This document shows positions 21,264-30,160 of a stretch of 64,000 bases of DNA, piece by piece. A program made the position numbers and the translations under genes. Numbering within the stretch: the stretch's first letter is position 1; each line of letters starts with the position of its first letter. The stretch is from an uncultured Solirubrobacterales bacterium (GTDB taxonomy: Bacteria > Actinomycetota > Thermoleophilia > Solirubrobacterales > 70-9), in NCBI GenBank assembly GCA_963795295.1, contig CAWCHE010000001.1:557389-621388 (forward strand). The letters are read 5' to 3'. The notes beneath the pieces are model-generated. The model did no database searches, was not told where the DNA came from, and saw only the letters and a program-made list of their open reading frames with translations.

Positions 21264-22782
21264 TCAGTCGAGCAGTTCGATGTCGCTGATCTCGACCTGG
21301 TAGCGGCCGTCCTGGTCGCGCGCTTCGGAGGCCTTGTTGAACCAGAGCAGGAAGTACCGCGACGGCTTGCGGACGTCGAGCTCGATCTCCTGCGGTCGGC
21401 GCCGGCGCCGACCGCCTCTCCGACCGGTTCGCCCCATTCCGGAGATGTCGTCCGGCGGCCCGGAGGGAGCGGCGAAGACCTCGGCGTCCCAGCCGGGGGT
21501 CGGGGTCTGGACGATCATCTTCTTCGCTCGTGACGGGGAGTCGGTGGTGACGTAGATGCCGACGCCGGGGTCGGGGCCTTCCTTGGTCCCGGCGAAGGTT
21601 TCGCTGTCGTAGTGCTCGGTTTCCCAGGCGGTCCCGGTCGGGTTGCCGTCGATCGCGAGGTTGACCTTGCTGCCGACCTCTTCGCCGTCTCCCTCGGGGT
21701 CGTAGTCGGTCGCCGAGGAGATCTGGACGGTGCCGCCCTTGCCCTTGTTGGCGCCGCCGCCGCCGATACCGCCGCCGCCGATCAGCCAGGTCGCGAGCAG
21801 GGCGCCGCCGCCGACCAGGGCCAGCAGCAGCGATCGCCGCCCAGGACCAGCTGCCCGCCGGCGACAGCTTCCGCTTCGGCGGCGGCACGGCGTCGAGGAT
21901 GCTCGTCGCCTCGCCGGTGGTCGAGCCGGCCCGCGCCGCCTCGACCTCGAGCGCGGTCTCGAGATCGTCGATCATCTCGCCGACGTCCTGGTAGCGCTCC
22001 GCCGGGTCCTTGGCGGTCGAGCGCTCGACGACCAGCGCCACCGCGGCCGAGACCTCGGGCCGGCGGCGCTGGACGTCGGGGAGATCCTCGTTGACGTGTT
22101 TCATCGCCACCCCGACCTGGCTGTCGGCGTGGAACGGGACCTGGCCGACCAGCATCTCGTAGAGGACGACGCCGAGGCAGTAGATGTCGGAGCGCGGGTC
22201 GGCGGCGTGGCCCATCGCCTGCTCGGGGGCGACGTAGTCGGTGGTGCCGAGGACGCGGCCGGTGGCGGTCATCCCGTCCTGTTCGAGCTGGCGGGAGATG
22301 CCGAAGTCGGTCAGTTTCGCCCGCCCCTCGTCGTCGATGAGGACGTTCTGGGGCTTGATGTCGCGGTGGACCATGTTGCGGGCGTGGGCGATGCTGAGGC
22401 CGCGGGCGATCTCGATCGCGTAGGCGATCGCCTCCTGGATGTCGAGGGCGCCGACCCGCGAGATCCGCTGCTTCAGCGTCTCGCCTTCGACGTACTCGAA
22501 GACGATGTAGGGGTGGCCGTCGTCCTCGCCGGCGTCGATCACCGCGACGACGTTGGGGTGGGAGATCTTCGCGACCGCCCGCGCCTCCTGCCGGAAGCGC
22601 TCGATCTGGTCGGGCTGCTCCGACATCTCGCGGTGCATGACCTTGACCGCGACCGGGCGGTCGAGGGTCTCGTCTTTGGCCAGGTAGACGGTGGACATGC
22701 CGCCGCTGCCCAGCTTCGCCTCCAGCCGGTAGCGGCCCGAGAGCACGGTGCCGATCATCGAGCTGGAAGGTCTGGGCTCCAT
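21264..22782 (-). pseudogene. Ser/Thr protein kinase with TM helix and uncharacterised extracellular C-terminal domain; frameshifted as sequenced
   Basis: The kinase domain is intact (GSGGMSTVYLA, HRDIKPQNVL, DFG, APEQ). After ...KLSPAGSWSW the sensible reading RRSLLLALVGGGALLATWLIGGG...DYDPEGDGEEV...AIDGNPTGTAWETEHY...MIVQTPTPGWDAEVF...YFLLWFNKA...ISDIELLD continues in another frame (shift near 21840). There is also a compensated out-of-frame patch at about 21390-21440. Confidence 0.85.
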
Positions 22783-22825
22783 CTAACCGGACAAGCTTCG
22801 CAGGCTGAAGCGCAGATCGGGCTGT

Positions 22826-23838
22826 TCAGGGAGCGCGGTGACGACGCCCGACCCGCCCGTCGACCCGGCCGATCCGCCCGGCGCCCGGGTAGTGCGCCCG
22901 GAGCAGGGCCAGGGCCGCCGCCTCGTCGGCGGCCGGGACGACGCAGCAGAAGCCGCAGCCCATGTTGAAGACCTCGTGCATCTCCTCGTCGCCGACCTCG
23001 CCCCGCTCGGCGATCAGCCCGAAGATCGGCGGCGCCGGCAGGGGCGCGTCGATCTCGTATCCGACCTCGGAGGCGAGGCGCAGCAGGTTGCCGAGCCCGC
23101 CCGAGGTGATGTGGGCGAGCCCGCGCACATCGACCGGCGATCGCAGCAGCTCGAGCACCGGCTTGACGTAGATCTCGGTCGGCTCCAGCAGCTCCTCGCC
23201 GAGCGGTCGGCCGAGGCGCCCCTCCGGGTCCTCGTCGAGGCCGATGCCCTCCAGCGCAGCGCGGGCGAGCGTGTAGCCGTTGGAGTGGATCCCCGAGGAG
23301 GGGAGGCCGATGACGACGTCTCCGGGGGCCGACCGCCGAGCCATCGACGATCTCCTCGAGCGCGACCGTGCCGAAGCAGGCGCCGGAGAGGTCGACGCTG
23401 CTGACCAGGGCGCCGAGCTGGGCGAGCTCGCCGCCCGGGATCTCGACCCCGGCCAGCTCGGCGCCGCGGGCGAGGCCGACCCCGATCTGCTCGCAGACCT
23501 CCGGCTCGGCGCTCGGCACCGCGAGGTAGTCGAGCATCGCCAGCGGCTCGGCGCCGACGCAGATCACGTCGTTGACGTTCATCGCGACGCAGTCGATCCC
23601 GACCGTGTCGAAGCGCCCGAGCTGCTCGGCGACGAGGAGCTTGGTGCCGACCCCGTCTGTCGAGAGCGCGATCCCGGTGCGCTCGTCGAGCCGGATCACG
23701 CTGGCGTAATGGCCGGGCAGCGGAACCTGCCTCGAGGGCCGCCCGAGGTCGATCGCGCCGAGCGCCCGGACCAGCCCCGACGACCGCCGAGTCGGCGGCG
23801 CTCTGGTCGACACCGGCTTTCGAGTAGGCGTTGCTCAC
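22826..23838 (-). pseudogene. purM: AIR synthase (PurM-type phosphoribosylformylglycinamidine cyclo-ligase), two frameshifts as sequenced; 3' end uncertain
   Basis: The gene is read in three pieces. MSNAYSKAGVDQSAADSAVVG runs from GTG 23838. LVRALGAIDLG...STDGVGTKLLVA...GIDCVAMNVNDV..GAEPL follows a shift at the C4 run 23775-23778. GDVVIGLPSSGIHSNGYTLAR... follows a shift at the G5 run 23324-23328. Confidence 0.8.
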
Positions 23839-24650
23839 CTTTCCGCCCGCAGCTTTGCAAGAACGACGGCGGCGAGGCCGGCCCGATAGGCGGCGTAGGG
23901 CCAGAGCGCCTTGTCGCGCTCGACGAGCCGGATCAGGCGCTGGGAGGCGAGGGTCGAGGCGAAGGAGGCGCCGACCCCGATCGCCATCGCCCGGCGTGTC
24001 TGCGGCGAGGTGCCGCGCCGGGCGAGGCGAACCCCCTTGAGGACGCTGGCGCCGACGATGATCGGCAGCGCGATCGTCCGCGAGAGCAGGTTCGCCTGGT
24101 CGCGCGAGAAGCGGCGCCAGCGGGCCGCGGCCAGGGTGATCCCGTTGCGCGAGACGCCGGGGGCGAGCGCGGTGGCCTGGGCGAGCCCGAGCGCGAGGCC
24201 GTCGGCCGCGGTTGCCTCGCCGCGCCCGCGGCTCTGCGGCCGCGAGTCGCCGGCCAGCATCGCCGCGGCTCCGGCCAGCAGGCCGTAGGCGGTCGCCCCG
24301 GCGCCGCCGAGCCGGCGCTCGATCGGCCGCTCCAGCGTGTAGCCGACGACCGCCGCCGGCAGGAAGGAGAGGGCGAGCAGGAGGGCCCGGTGGCGGTCGA
24401 ACTCGCGCAGCTCCTCGGCGATCGTCCGCCGCTGGCCGATCACCAGCGCCGCCGCCGCGCCGGCGTGGAGGGCGACCTCGAAGCTCTTGCGGAACTCGGG
24501 GTCGATCCGATCCCAGTCCCAGCCGGCGAGCCAGGGGACGAGGACGATGTGGGCGGAGCTGGAGACCGGCAGCAGCTCGGCCGGTCCCTGCACGACGCCG
24601 AGGGCCAGCGCTCGGCCGAGCGGGACCCCGGCCTCGCCGGCGTCGCTCAA
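23835..24650 (-). CDS. uppP: Undecaprenyl-diphosphatase (BacA/UppP)
   Basis: TTG at 24650 gives LSDAGEAGVPLGRALALGVVQGPAELLPVSSSAHIVL..., then GVSRNGITL and further UppP motifs; about 271 aa. Its stop overlaps the purM GTG (GTGA). Confidence 0.88.
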   Translation of the reverse strand: MSDAGEAGVPLGRALALGVVQGPAELLPVSSSAHIVLVPWLAGWDWDRIDPEFRKSFEVALHAGAAAALVIGQRRTIAEELREFDRHRALLLALSFLPAAVVGYTLERPIERRLGGAGATAYGLLAGAAAMLAGDSRPQSRGRGEATAADGLALGLAQATALAPGVSRNGITLAAARWRRFSRDQANLLSRTIALPIIVGASVLKGVRLARRGTSPQTRRAMAIGVGASFASTLASQRLIRLVERDKALWPYAAYRAGLAAVVLAKLRAER

Positions 24651-25259
24651 GCGCCTCCGGCGCCGGCCGGCTCGGTCGCCTCGCCCTCGCCCGGCCCGCC
24701 GCCGCGCCGTCTGCGGATCAGGGCGTACGCGATCAGCCCGATCACCGCGGCGACGGACCAGGTAGTCGAAGATCTGCAGGTGGTGGCGCCACTGCTCCCA
24801 GTTGTCGCCGACGGCGCGGCCGATCAGGCCGAAGCCGAGGACCCAGGGCAGCGAGCCGAGCGCCGTCAGCCAGGTGAAGCGCCAGAACGGCATCTTCGCG
24901 AGGCCGGCGGGCAGCGAGATGAAGGCGCGGACGAGCGGGAGCAGGCGGGCGAAGAAGACCGTGGCGTCGCCGTGGCGCTGGAACCAGCTGTCGACCCAGG
25001 CCAGGTGCGCCGGGCTGAGGTGGATCAGCCTGTTGCGCTCGAGCAGGTCGATGCGGCCGTAGTAGCCGATCGCGTAGGTGAGCCAGGAGCCGACCATGTT
25101 CCCGGCCAGGCCCGCCAGGGTGATCCCGATCAGGGTCTGGTCGCCGTTGGAGACGTTGAATCCGGCGAACAGCATCACCGCCTCGCTCGGGATCGGTATG
25201 CAGGCGCTCCCCGCCCCCATCAGGAGGAAGATCCCGGCGAGCCCGGTGTCGTCGATCAC
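24647..25259 (-). pseudogene. DedA/SNARE-associated family membrane protein, one frameshift near its 3' end as sequenced (about 24755)
   Basis: GTG at 25259 gives VIDDTGLAGIFLLMGAGSACIPIPSEAVMLFAGF...RLLPLVRAFISLPAG... After ...LQIFDYLV the plausible ending VAAVIGLIAYALIRRRRGGGPGEGEATEPAGAGGA* is in the +1 frame, with stop at 24647-24649 overlapping the uppP TTG. The track shows an artificial DedA-UppP fusion ORF (23835-25391). Confidence 0.8.
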
Positions 25260-25373
25260 GTTGACGCAGAAGTCGACGATCGGGCCGCGTGATGTCGGCG
25301 TAGACGATTGGGTGCACGGGCAGCGAGGAATCGTGATCCTAGAGAGTTCACGGTCTAAACTGGGGCCCTCCCC

Positions 25374-27263
25374 ATGCGCCGGTTGAATCACCCCGTCTAT
25401 CGCAACCGCGTGCTCCAGGTCCTCGCCGATGCGGCTCTGGTCTCGCTGGCCTTCTATCTAGCCTTCAGGCTGCGCTTTCTCGACCAGGACGGCCTCCCGC
25501 ACCGCTATCAGGTCCTTTTCGCCCAGGCGGTCGGCTTCGTCATCGTCGGCAAGATCGTCATCTTCGCCGCCTTCGGCCTCTACCAAAAGTGGTGGCGATA
25601 CGTCAGCGGCCGCGACTTCCTCCTGATCGTCCGCGCGGTCGCCGTCTCCAGCGCGATCCTCGTCGTCGCCTTCACCGTCCTGCGGCCGTTCGCCCACAAC
25701 CTGCCGCGCTCGGTCGCGGTGATGGACTTCATCCTCACCCTGCTCCTGATCGCCGGGGCCCGGCTCGCGGTGAGGCTGATCGTCGAGCGGCCCTCGCGCG
25801 GCGCCCGCGTCCCGAAGAACGAGGTCCTGATCGTCGGCGCCGGCTCCGGCGGGCAGATGGTCGTCCGTGAGCTGCAGCTCAACCCGAGGCTGGGCTCGAC
25901 CGCGATCGGCTTCGTCGACGACGACCCCCGCAAGCGCGGGATGCGGATGTCCGGCGGCCTCAAGGTCCTCGGCCCGACCAGCAAGATCGACGAGATCCTC
26001 GACGAGACCGAGCCCGACGAGGTGGTGATCGCGATCCCCTCGGCCCCCGGGACCCTGCGCGCCAAGGTCGTCGTCGCCTGCCGCGACCGCGAGATCCGCG
26101 TTCGCACGCTGCCGACCGTCTTCGAGCTGCTGCGGGGCGGGGTCCAGCTCAACAAGCAGCTGCGCGAGGTCCGCGTCGAGGACGTCCTCGGCCGCGACCC
26201 GATCGTCCGCGAGCTCGACCGGGTCGGTGCCTACCTGCGCGACCGCATCGTCCTCGTCACCGGCGCCGGCGGCTCGATCGGCTCCGAGCTCTGCCGCCAG
26301 ATCGCCCAGGTCAAGCCGCGGCTGCTGGTGATGCTCGACCACGCCGAGGACAACCTCTTCCAGATCGACCGCGAGATGGTCGAGGAGCGCCACTTCACGA
26401 GCGTCGAGTCGGTCCTGGCCGACTGCAAGGAGCCGCACCGGATGCTCGAGGTGATGCAGCGCTTCAAGCCGGCGGTCGTCTTCCACGCCGCCGCCTACAA
26501 GCATGTGCCGCTGATGGAGGCCAACCCGCTGGAGGCGGTCCGCAACAACGCGATCGCGACCCGGATCACGGCCGAGACCGCCGCCGCCTCCAAGGTCGAG
26601 CGCTTCGTCCTGATCTCGACCGACAAGGCGTGCAACCCGAAGACCGTGATGGGCGCCTCGAAGGCGATGGCCGAGTGGATCGTCGAGGCGGCCGGGAACA
26701 AACATCCGGGGACGCGCTTCGCCGCGGTCCGCTTCGGCAACGTGCTCGCCTCGTCCGGGAGCGTCGTCCCGATCTTCCGCCGCCAGATCGAGCGCGGCGG
26801 CCCGGTCACCGTCACCCATCCCGACATGACCCGCTACTTCATGACGATCCCGGAGGCCGTGCAGATGGTGATCCGGGCCGGCGACATCGGCACCGGCAAG
26901 GGCGAGGTCTTCGTCCTCGACATGGGCGAGCCGGTGAGGATCCTCGACCTGGCGCACAACATGATCCGGCTCGCGGGCTACGAGCCGGAGGCCGACATCG
27001 CCGTCGAGTTCACCCAGCCGCGGCCGGGGGAGAAGCTGCACGAGGAGCTCTTCGGACAGGGCGAGAGCGCCCAGCCGACCGCCGCGAGGAGGATCCAGCG
27101 CGCGGTGCGTGAGCAGCCCCTCGACTCCGATTGGATCGAGAGCACCCTGAATTCGCTCGAGCACCTGGTGATGGCCGGTGACGAGGCGAACCTCGCCGAA
27201 CGTGTGGTGTCGATGATCACCGCTCCGGGTGAGGACGCGGCGACGGTCGTCTCCGACGAGTAG
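25374..27263 (+). CDS. Membrane-anchored CapD/PglF/WbpM-like nucleotide-sugar 4,6-dehydratase (polysaccharide biosynthesis protein)
   Basis: 629 aa. Four N-terminal TM helices, two Rossmann motifs (VGAGSGG and VTGAGGSIGSEL), and SxxK/YxxxK-type SDR features (STDKA, ASK). Confidence 0.9.
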   Translation: MRRLNHPVYRNRVLQVLADAALVSLAFYLAFRLRFLDQDGLPHRYQVLFAQAVGFVIVGKIVIFAAFGLYQKWWRYVSGRDFLLIVRAVAVSSAILVVAFTVLRPFAHNLPRSVAVMDFILTLLLIAGARLAVRLIVERPSRGARVPKNEVLIVGAGSGGQMVVRELQLNPRLGSTAIGFVDDDPRKRGMRMSGGLKVLGPTSKIDEILDETEPDEVVIAIPSAPGTLRAKVVVACRDREIRVRTLPTVFELLRGGVQLNKQLREVRVEDVLGRDPIVRELDRVGAYLRDRIVLVTGAGGSIGSELCRQIAQVKPRLLVMLDHAEDNLFQIDREMVEERHFTSVESVLADCKEPHRMLEVMQRFKPAVVFHAAAYKHVPLMEANPLEAVRNNAIATRITAETAAASKVERFVLISTDKACNPKTVMGASKAMAEWIVEAAGNKHPGTRFAAVRFGNVLASSGSVVPIFRRQIERGGPVTVTHPDMTRYFMTIPEAVQMVIRAGDIGTGKGEVFVLDMGEPVRILDLAHNMIRLAGYEPEADIAVEFTQPRPGEKLHEELFGQGESAQPTAARRIQRAVREQPLDSDWIESTLNSLEHLVMAGDEANLAERVVSMITAPGEDAATVVSDE

Positions 27264-27277
27264 CCTCACGCAGCCAC

Positions 27278-28051
27278 TTGCGTCACTTATTGATGGAAAT
27301 CGGCGCCTTCGCCGGCTTGGCCGCGTTCATCGGCCTTGCCGTCCTCGCCCTGCTCGTGTTCACCCAGGGCCGCGACCTCCGCCGCCTGCGCGAATGGGCC
27401 GGCTCGGCACCGGAGCGTGACGCCGAGCGCAAGGAGTCGACCTCGGAGGCGGCCGCGGCCCGCGCCGAGGAGATCCGCCGTCTGGAGGAGGCCCGGGAGG
27501 AGGAGCGCGCAGCCGCCGATCTGCGCGAGACGCGCCGCGAGCGCCGCGAGGCCGGCCTGCCCGAACTGACCCGCGGCGAGCGCCTCAAAGCCGGCGTATC
27601 CGGCGGCCGTTCTCGGCTCGCCGAGCCCGGCTTCCTGGTCGCGATCTTCCTCCTCGTCCTCCTGATCGGCGGCGGCGTCGCCTACGCGGTGGTGCACGGG
27701 GTCGGCGGCAGCGATGACACCAAGGGAGGCAAGAAGAGCGCCGCGGCGGTGAAGCCGGCCGAAGTCGAAGTCGCCGTCCTCAACGGGACCGCGACCCCGA
27801 ACCTCGCCGCCAGCTTCGGCGACCAGGTCGAGCGCAGCGGCTTCAAGCTGGGCGTGGTCACCAACACCGACACCGCCTTCGAAGAAAGCGAAGTGATGTA
27901 CAAGAGCGGGCACGGCAAGGAGGCGCACATGGTCGCCCAGCTGCTCGACATCCAACGGGTGCGGACGATGACGGCCGACGTCGCCGCGGTGGCCGAAGGG
28001 GCGCCCGTCGCGGCGGTGATCGGCGAGGATCATGCCTCGTCGACGGGTTAG
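27278..28051 (+). CDS. LytR_C domain-containing membrane protein
   Basis: 257 aa. Charged coiled region, TM helix FLVAIFLLVLLIGGGVAYAVV, then VAVLNGTATPNLAASFGDQVERSGFKLGVVTN...SEVMYKSGH, typical of the LytR C-terminal domain. Confidence 0.7.
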   Translation: MRHLLMEIGAFAGLAAFIGLAVLALLVFTQGRDLRRLREWAGSAPERDAERKESTSEAAAARAEEIRRLEEAREEERAAADLRETRRERREAGLPELTRGERLKAGVSGGRSRLAEPGFLVAIFLLVLLIGGGVAYAVVHGVGGSDDTKGGKKSAAAVKPAEVEVAVLNGTATPNLAASFGDQVERSGFKLGVVTNTDTAFEESEVMYKSGHGKEAHMVAQLLDIQRVRTMTADVAAVAEGAPVAAVIGEDHASSTG

Positions 28052-28538
28052 CTTCGCGGGCGCCGTCTTCGCGCTCCTGGTCCTCGCCACTCTGGCTGCC
28101 TTCGCCTGGTCGCAGCGGCTGAAGCGCGACCCGCTGGTGCTCGATCGGGTCACCTTCGTCGCGGTCCCCCGGCTCCACCGCTACGCGCCTCCCGCCCGCG
28201 GCTTCTCGCCGAATGGCGACTGCCGCTTCGACAGGGTTCGGATCCGTTTCCGCGTCACCCAGTCCGATCACGCGGTCGTCCAGGTGGTCAAGCCCGGCGG
28301 CAGGGTCGTCGTCACCCTCGCCCGCGGCCAGTTCCTCAAGCGCTACCACTTCTTCACGTACTACTGGGACGGGCGCCGCCGTCGACACGGGGTCGCGCCG
28401 CCGGGTCGCTACAAGCTGCGGGTGAAGCTGCTCGGCCAGGAACGGGTGCTGGTCCCGCCCGGGACGATCCGCCTGCACAGCGCCCCACGCCGTCCCGTCG
28501 GTGAGTGCGCCGCGCACGACGGGCGGCAGCGGCCTTGA
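28032..28538 (+). CDS. Secreted/anchored protein with FlgD-Ig-like (FlgD_ig) domain
   Basis: 168 aa. N-terminal signal/anchor, then FSPNGDCRFDRVRIRFRV...VVQVVKPGGRVV...YYWDGRRRRHGVAPPGRYKLRV, which matches the FlgD Ig-like fold pattern. Confidence 0.55.
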   Translation: MPRRRVSFAGAVFALLVLATLAAFAWSQRLKRDPLVLDRVTFVAVPRLHRYAPPARGFSPNGDCRFDRVRIRFRVTQSDHAVVQVVKPGGRVVVTLARGQFLKRYHFFTYYWDGRRRRHGVAPPGRYKLRVKLLGQERVLVPPGTIRLHSAPRRPVGECAAHDGRQRP

Positions 28539-30151
28539 GCGACTTCCTGGCCGGCGCCGGGGTCCTGATCGCGGCCGGCGCAGCGGCCGCGGCGATCCTG
28601 CTGCCCGCCGGCCGGGCTCGCTCGGCGGCGATGGTCGCCGCCCTCGTCCTCTTCCCGGCCCTGATCCTCGGCGACCAGTGGCACTCCCGCGCGATCGTCG
28701 ACCTCCGCGACAACACCGCCCGGCTCGTCCTCCTCGCCGCCCTCGCGGTCGCCGTCTCAGCCGGCCTCGCCCTCACCTTCCGCCGCTGGCCGACCCTGCT
28801 CCCCCTGGCCATAATCGCCGCCCTCCCCTTCCGAGTCCCCCTCCACGCCGGAGGAGACACGGCAAACCTCCTAGTCCCTCTCTATCTCGTAATTGCGGGA
28901 GGAGTGCTTTCGATCGCTTTCAATTCTTGGAAGTCTGGCCGCGGGATCCCTCTGGCGGGTGGCGCGGGATCAGGGGGGCCGAGAACGGAGGCCCCGCCCC
29001 CGCCCGCAGGCCCCCCTGGTTCCGCGACGGGCCCCGCCAGCCGCTTCCCCCTCGTCTGGCTCCCAAGAATCCTGGCAGCCGTAGTCGTCCTCTACGCCCT
29101 CCAGACCATCTACTCATCCGACTTCTCCAAAGGCCTCCAGGACGTCTGCTTCTTCTTCGTCCCGTTCTCGCTCGTGTACGCCCTCCTGCGGGACGTGACC
29201 TGGGACCGCCGGCTCCTGACACTCGTCCTCTGGGTGCTCGCCGTCGAGGCCGCCGCCTTCGTCCTGATCGGCTCGATCGAGTGGGCGACCCGCAGCCTGT
29301 TCTGGAACGACCAGGTGATCCGCTCGAACGAATTCCACACCTACTTCCGCGTCAACTCGGTCTTCTGGGACCCGAACGTCTACGGCCGCTACCTGGCGCT
29401 GGTGATCGTGACCGCGATGGCGGCGCTGCTCTGGGCCCGGGAGAGGCGTGACCGGTGGCTGCTCGCGGGGCTGGTCGCGCTCCTCTGGATCGGCCTGGCG
29501 CCGACCTTCTCGCAGTCGAGCTTCGCGGCGCTGCTCGCCGGCCTCGCGGTCCTCGCTGCGCTGCGCTGGAGCCTGCGCTGGACGATCGCCGCCGTCGCCC
29601 TGGCCGCCGTCGCCGGGGTCCTCGTCGTCACCCTCGCCGGCGGCTCCAGGATCAGCACCGACCGCATCAACATCGACACCAGCGGCCGTGCCAACCTCGT
29701 CTCCGGCGGCATCCACCTCTTCGCCCAGCGCCCGGTATACGGGTACGGCTCCGGTTCGTTCCCAAAGGCCTACCGCGAGCATGTCAATGTCAGCAAGGTC
29801 CCGGTCTCCGTCTCCCACACCGAGCCGATCACGATCGCCGCCGAGCAGGGGATCGCCGGTTTGGCTGCTTATGTAGCTCTGCTCGTCGCCGCGCTCTGGA
29901 CGATGGCGTCTGGCCTATTCGCACGTGCGGCGGGTGGCGCGGATGAGGAGGGGGTCGAGGACGCCCCCGCCCGCAGCGCCCCCTCCTCATCCGTGACAGG
30001 ACCCGCCGCCCGAGCGGCGGTGCTCGCCTCATTCATAGCCCTGCTGGTTCACACGATGGCGTACGCCGGGTTCTATGAGGACCCCATAGCTTGGGTGCTT
30101 CTGGCCGTCGGAGTCTCGCTGGCAGCCGCCCCGGTCCGCGACCCGGCGTAG
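28505..30151 (+). CDS. O-antigen ligase/polymerase-like (Wzy_C family) polytopic membrane protein
   Basis: 548 aa with more than 10 TM helices. Contains the block TFSQSSFAALLAGLAV and a periplasmic loop with GSGSF...SHTEPITIAAEQGI (Wzy_C signature region). Confidence 0.75.
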   Translation: MRRARRAAAALSDFLAGAGVLIAAGAAAAAILLPAGRARSAAMVAALVLFPALILGDQWHSRAIVDLRDNTARLVLLAALAVAVSAGLALTFRRWPTLLPLAIIAALPFRVPLHAGGDTANLLVPLYLVIAGGVLSIAFNSWKSGRGIPLAGGAGSGGPRTEAPPPPAGPPGSATGPASRFPLVWLPRILAAVVVLYALQTIYSSDFSKGLQDVCFFFVPFSLVYALLRDVTWDRRLLTLVLWVLAVEAAAFVLIGSIEWATRSLFWNDQVIRSNEFHTYFRVNSVFWDPNVYGRYLALVIVTAMAALLWARERRDRWLLAGLVALLWIGLAPTFSQSSFAALLAGLAVLAALRWSLRWTIAAVALAAVAGVLVVTLAGGSRISTDRINIDTSGRANLVSGGIHLFAQRPVYGYGSGSFPKAYREHVNVSKVPVSVSHTEPITIAAEQGIAGLAAYVALLVAALWTMASGLFARAAGGADEEGVEDAPARSAPSSSVTGPAARAAVLASFIALLVHTMAYAGFYEDPIAWVLLAVGVSLAAAPVRDPA

Positions 30152-30160
30152 GGTCGGGCT

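Noticed and set aside
22785-22840. Alternative purM 3' end produced by yet another frameshift (…GRVGVVTALPEQPDLRFSLRSLSG*, with the stop abutting the kinase ATG at 22782).
   Set aside because: It is attractive because TAG is directly followed by ATG. However, neither C-terminus can be validated without homologue alignment, so I kept the stop at 22826 and flagged the 3' end as uncertain.
23835-25391. 518-aa DedA-UppP fusion protein suggested by the ORF track.
   Set aside because: The 'linker' (VRRRGDRADRVRPDPQTARRRAGRGRGDRAGRRRRR) is out-of-frame text. The +1 frame gives a normal DedA C-terminal helix and a stop that overlaps a TTG start for a normal-length UppP. The first 44 codons would also overlap the divergent capD-like gene start.
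28880-29060. Lower-GC, Pro/Gly-rich patch inside the O-antigen-ligase-like gene as a possible insertion or frameshift patch.
   Set aside because: The reading frame is continuous. The flanking TM helices stay in frame, and the segment is a plausible extramembrane loop. No alternative frame gives a better sequence.
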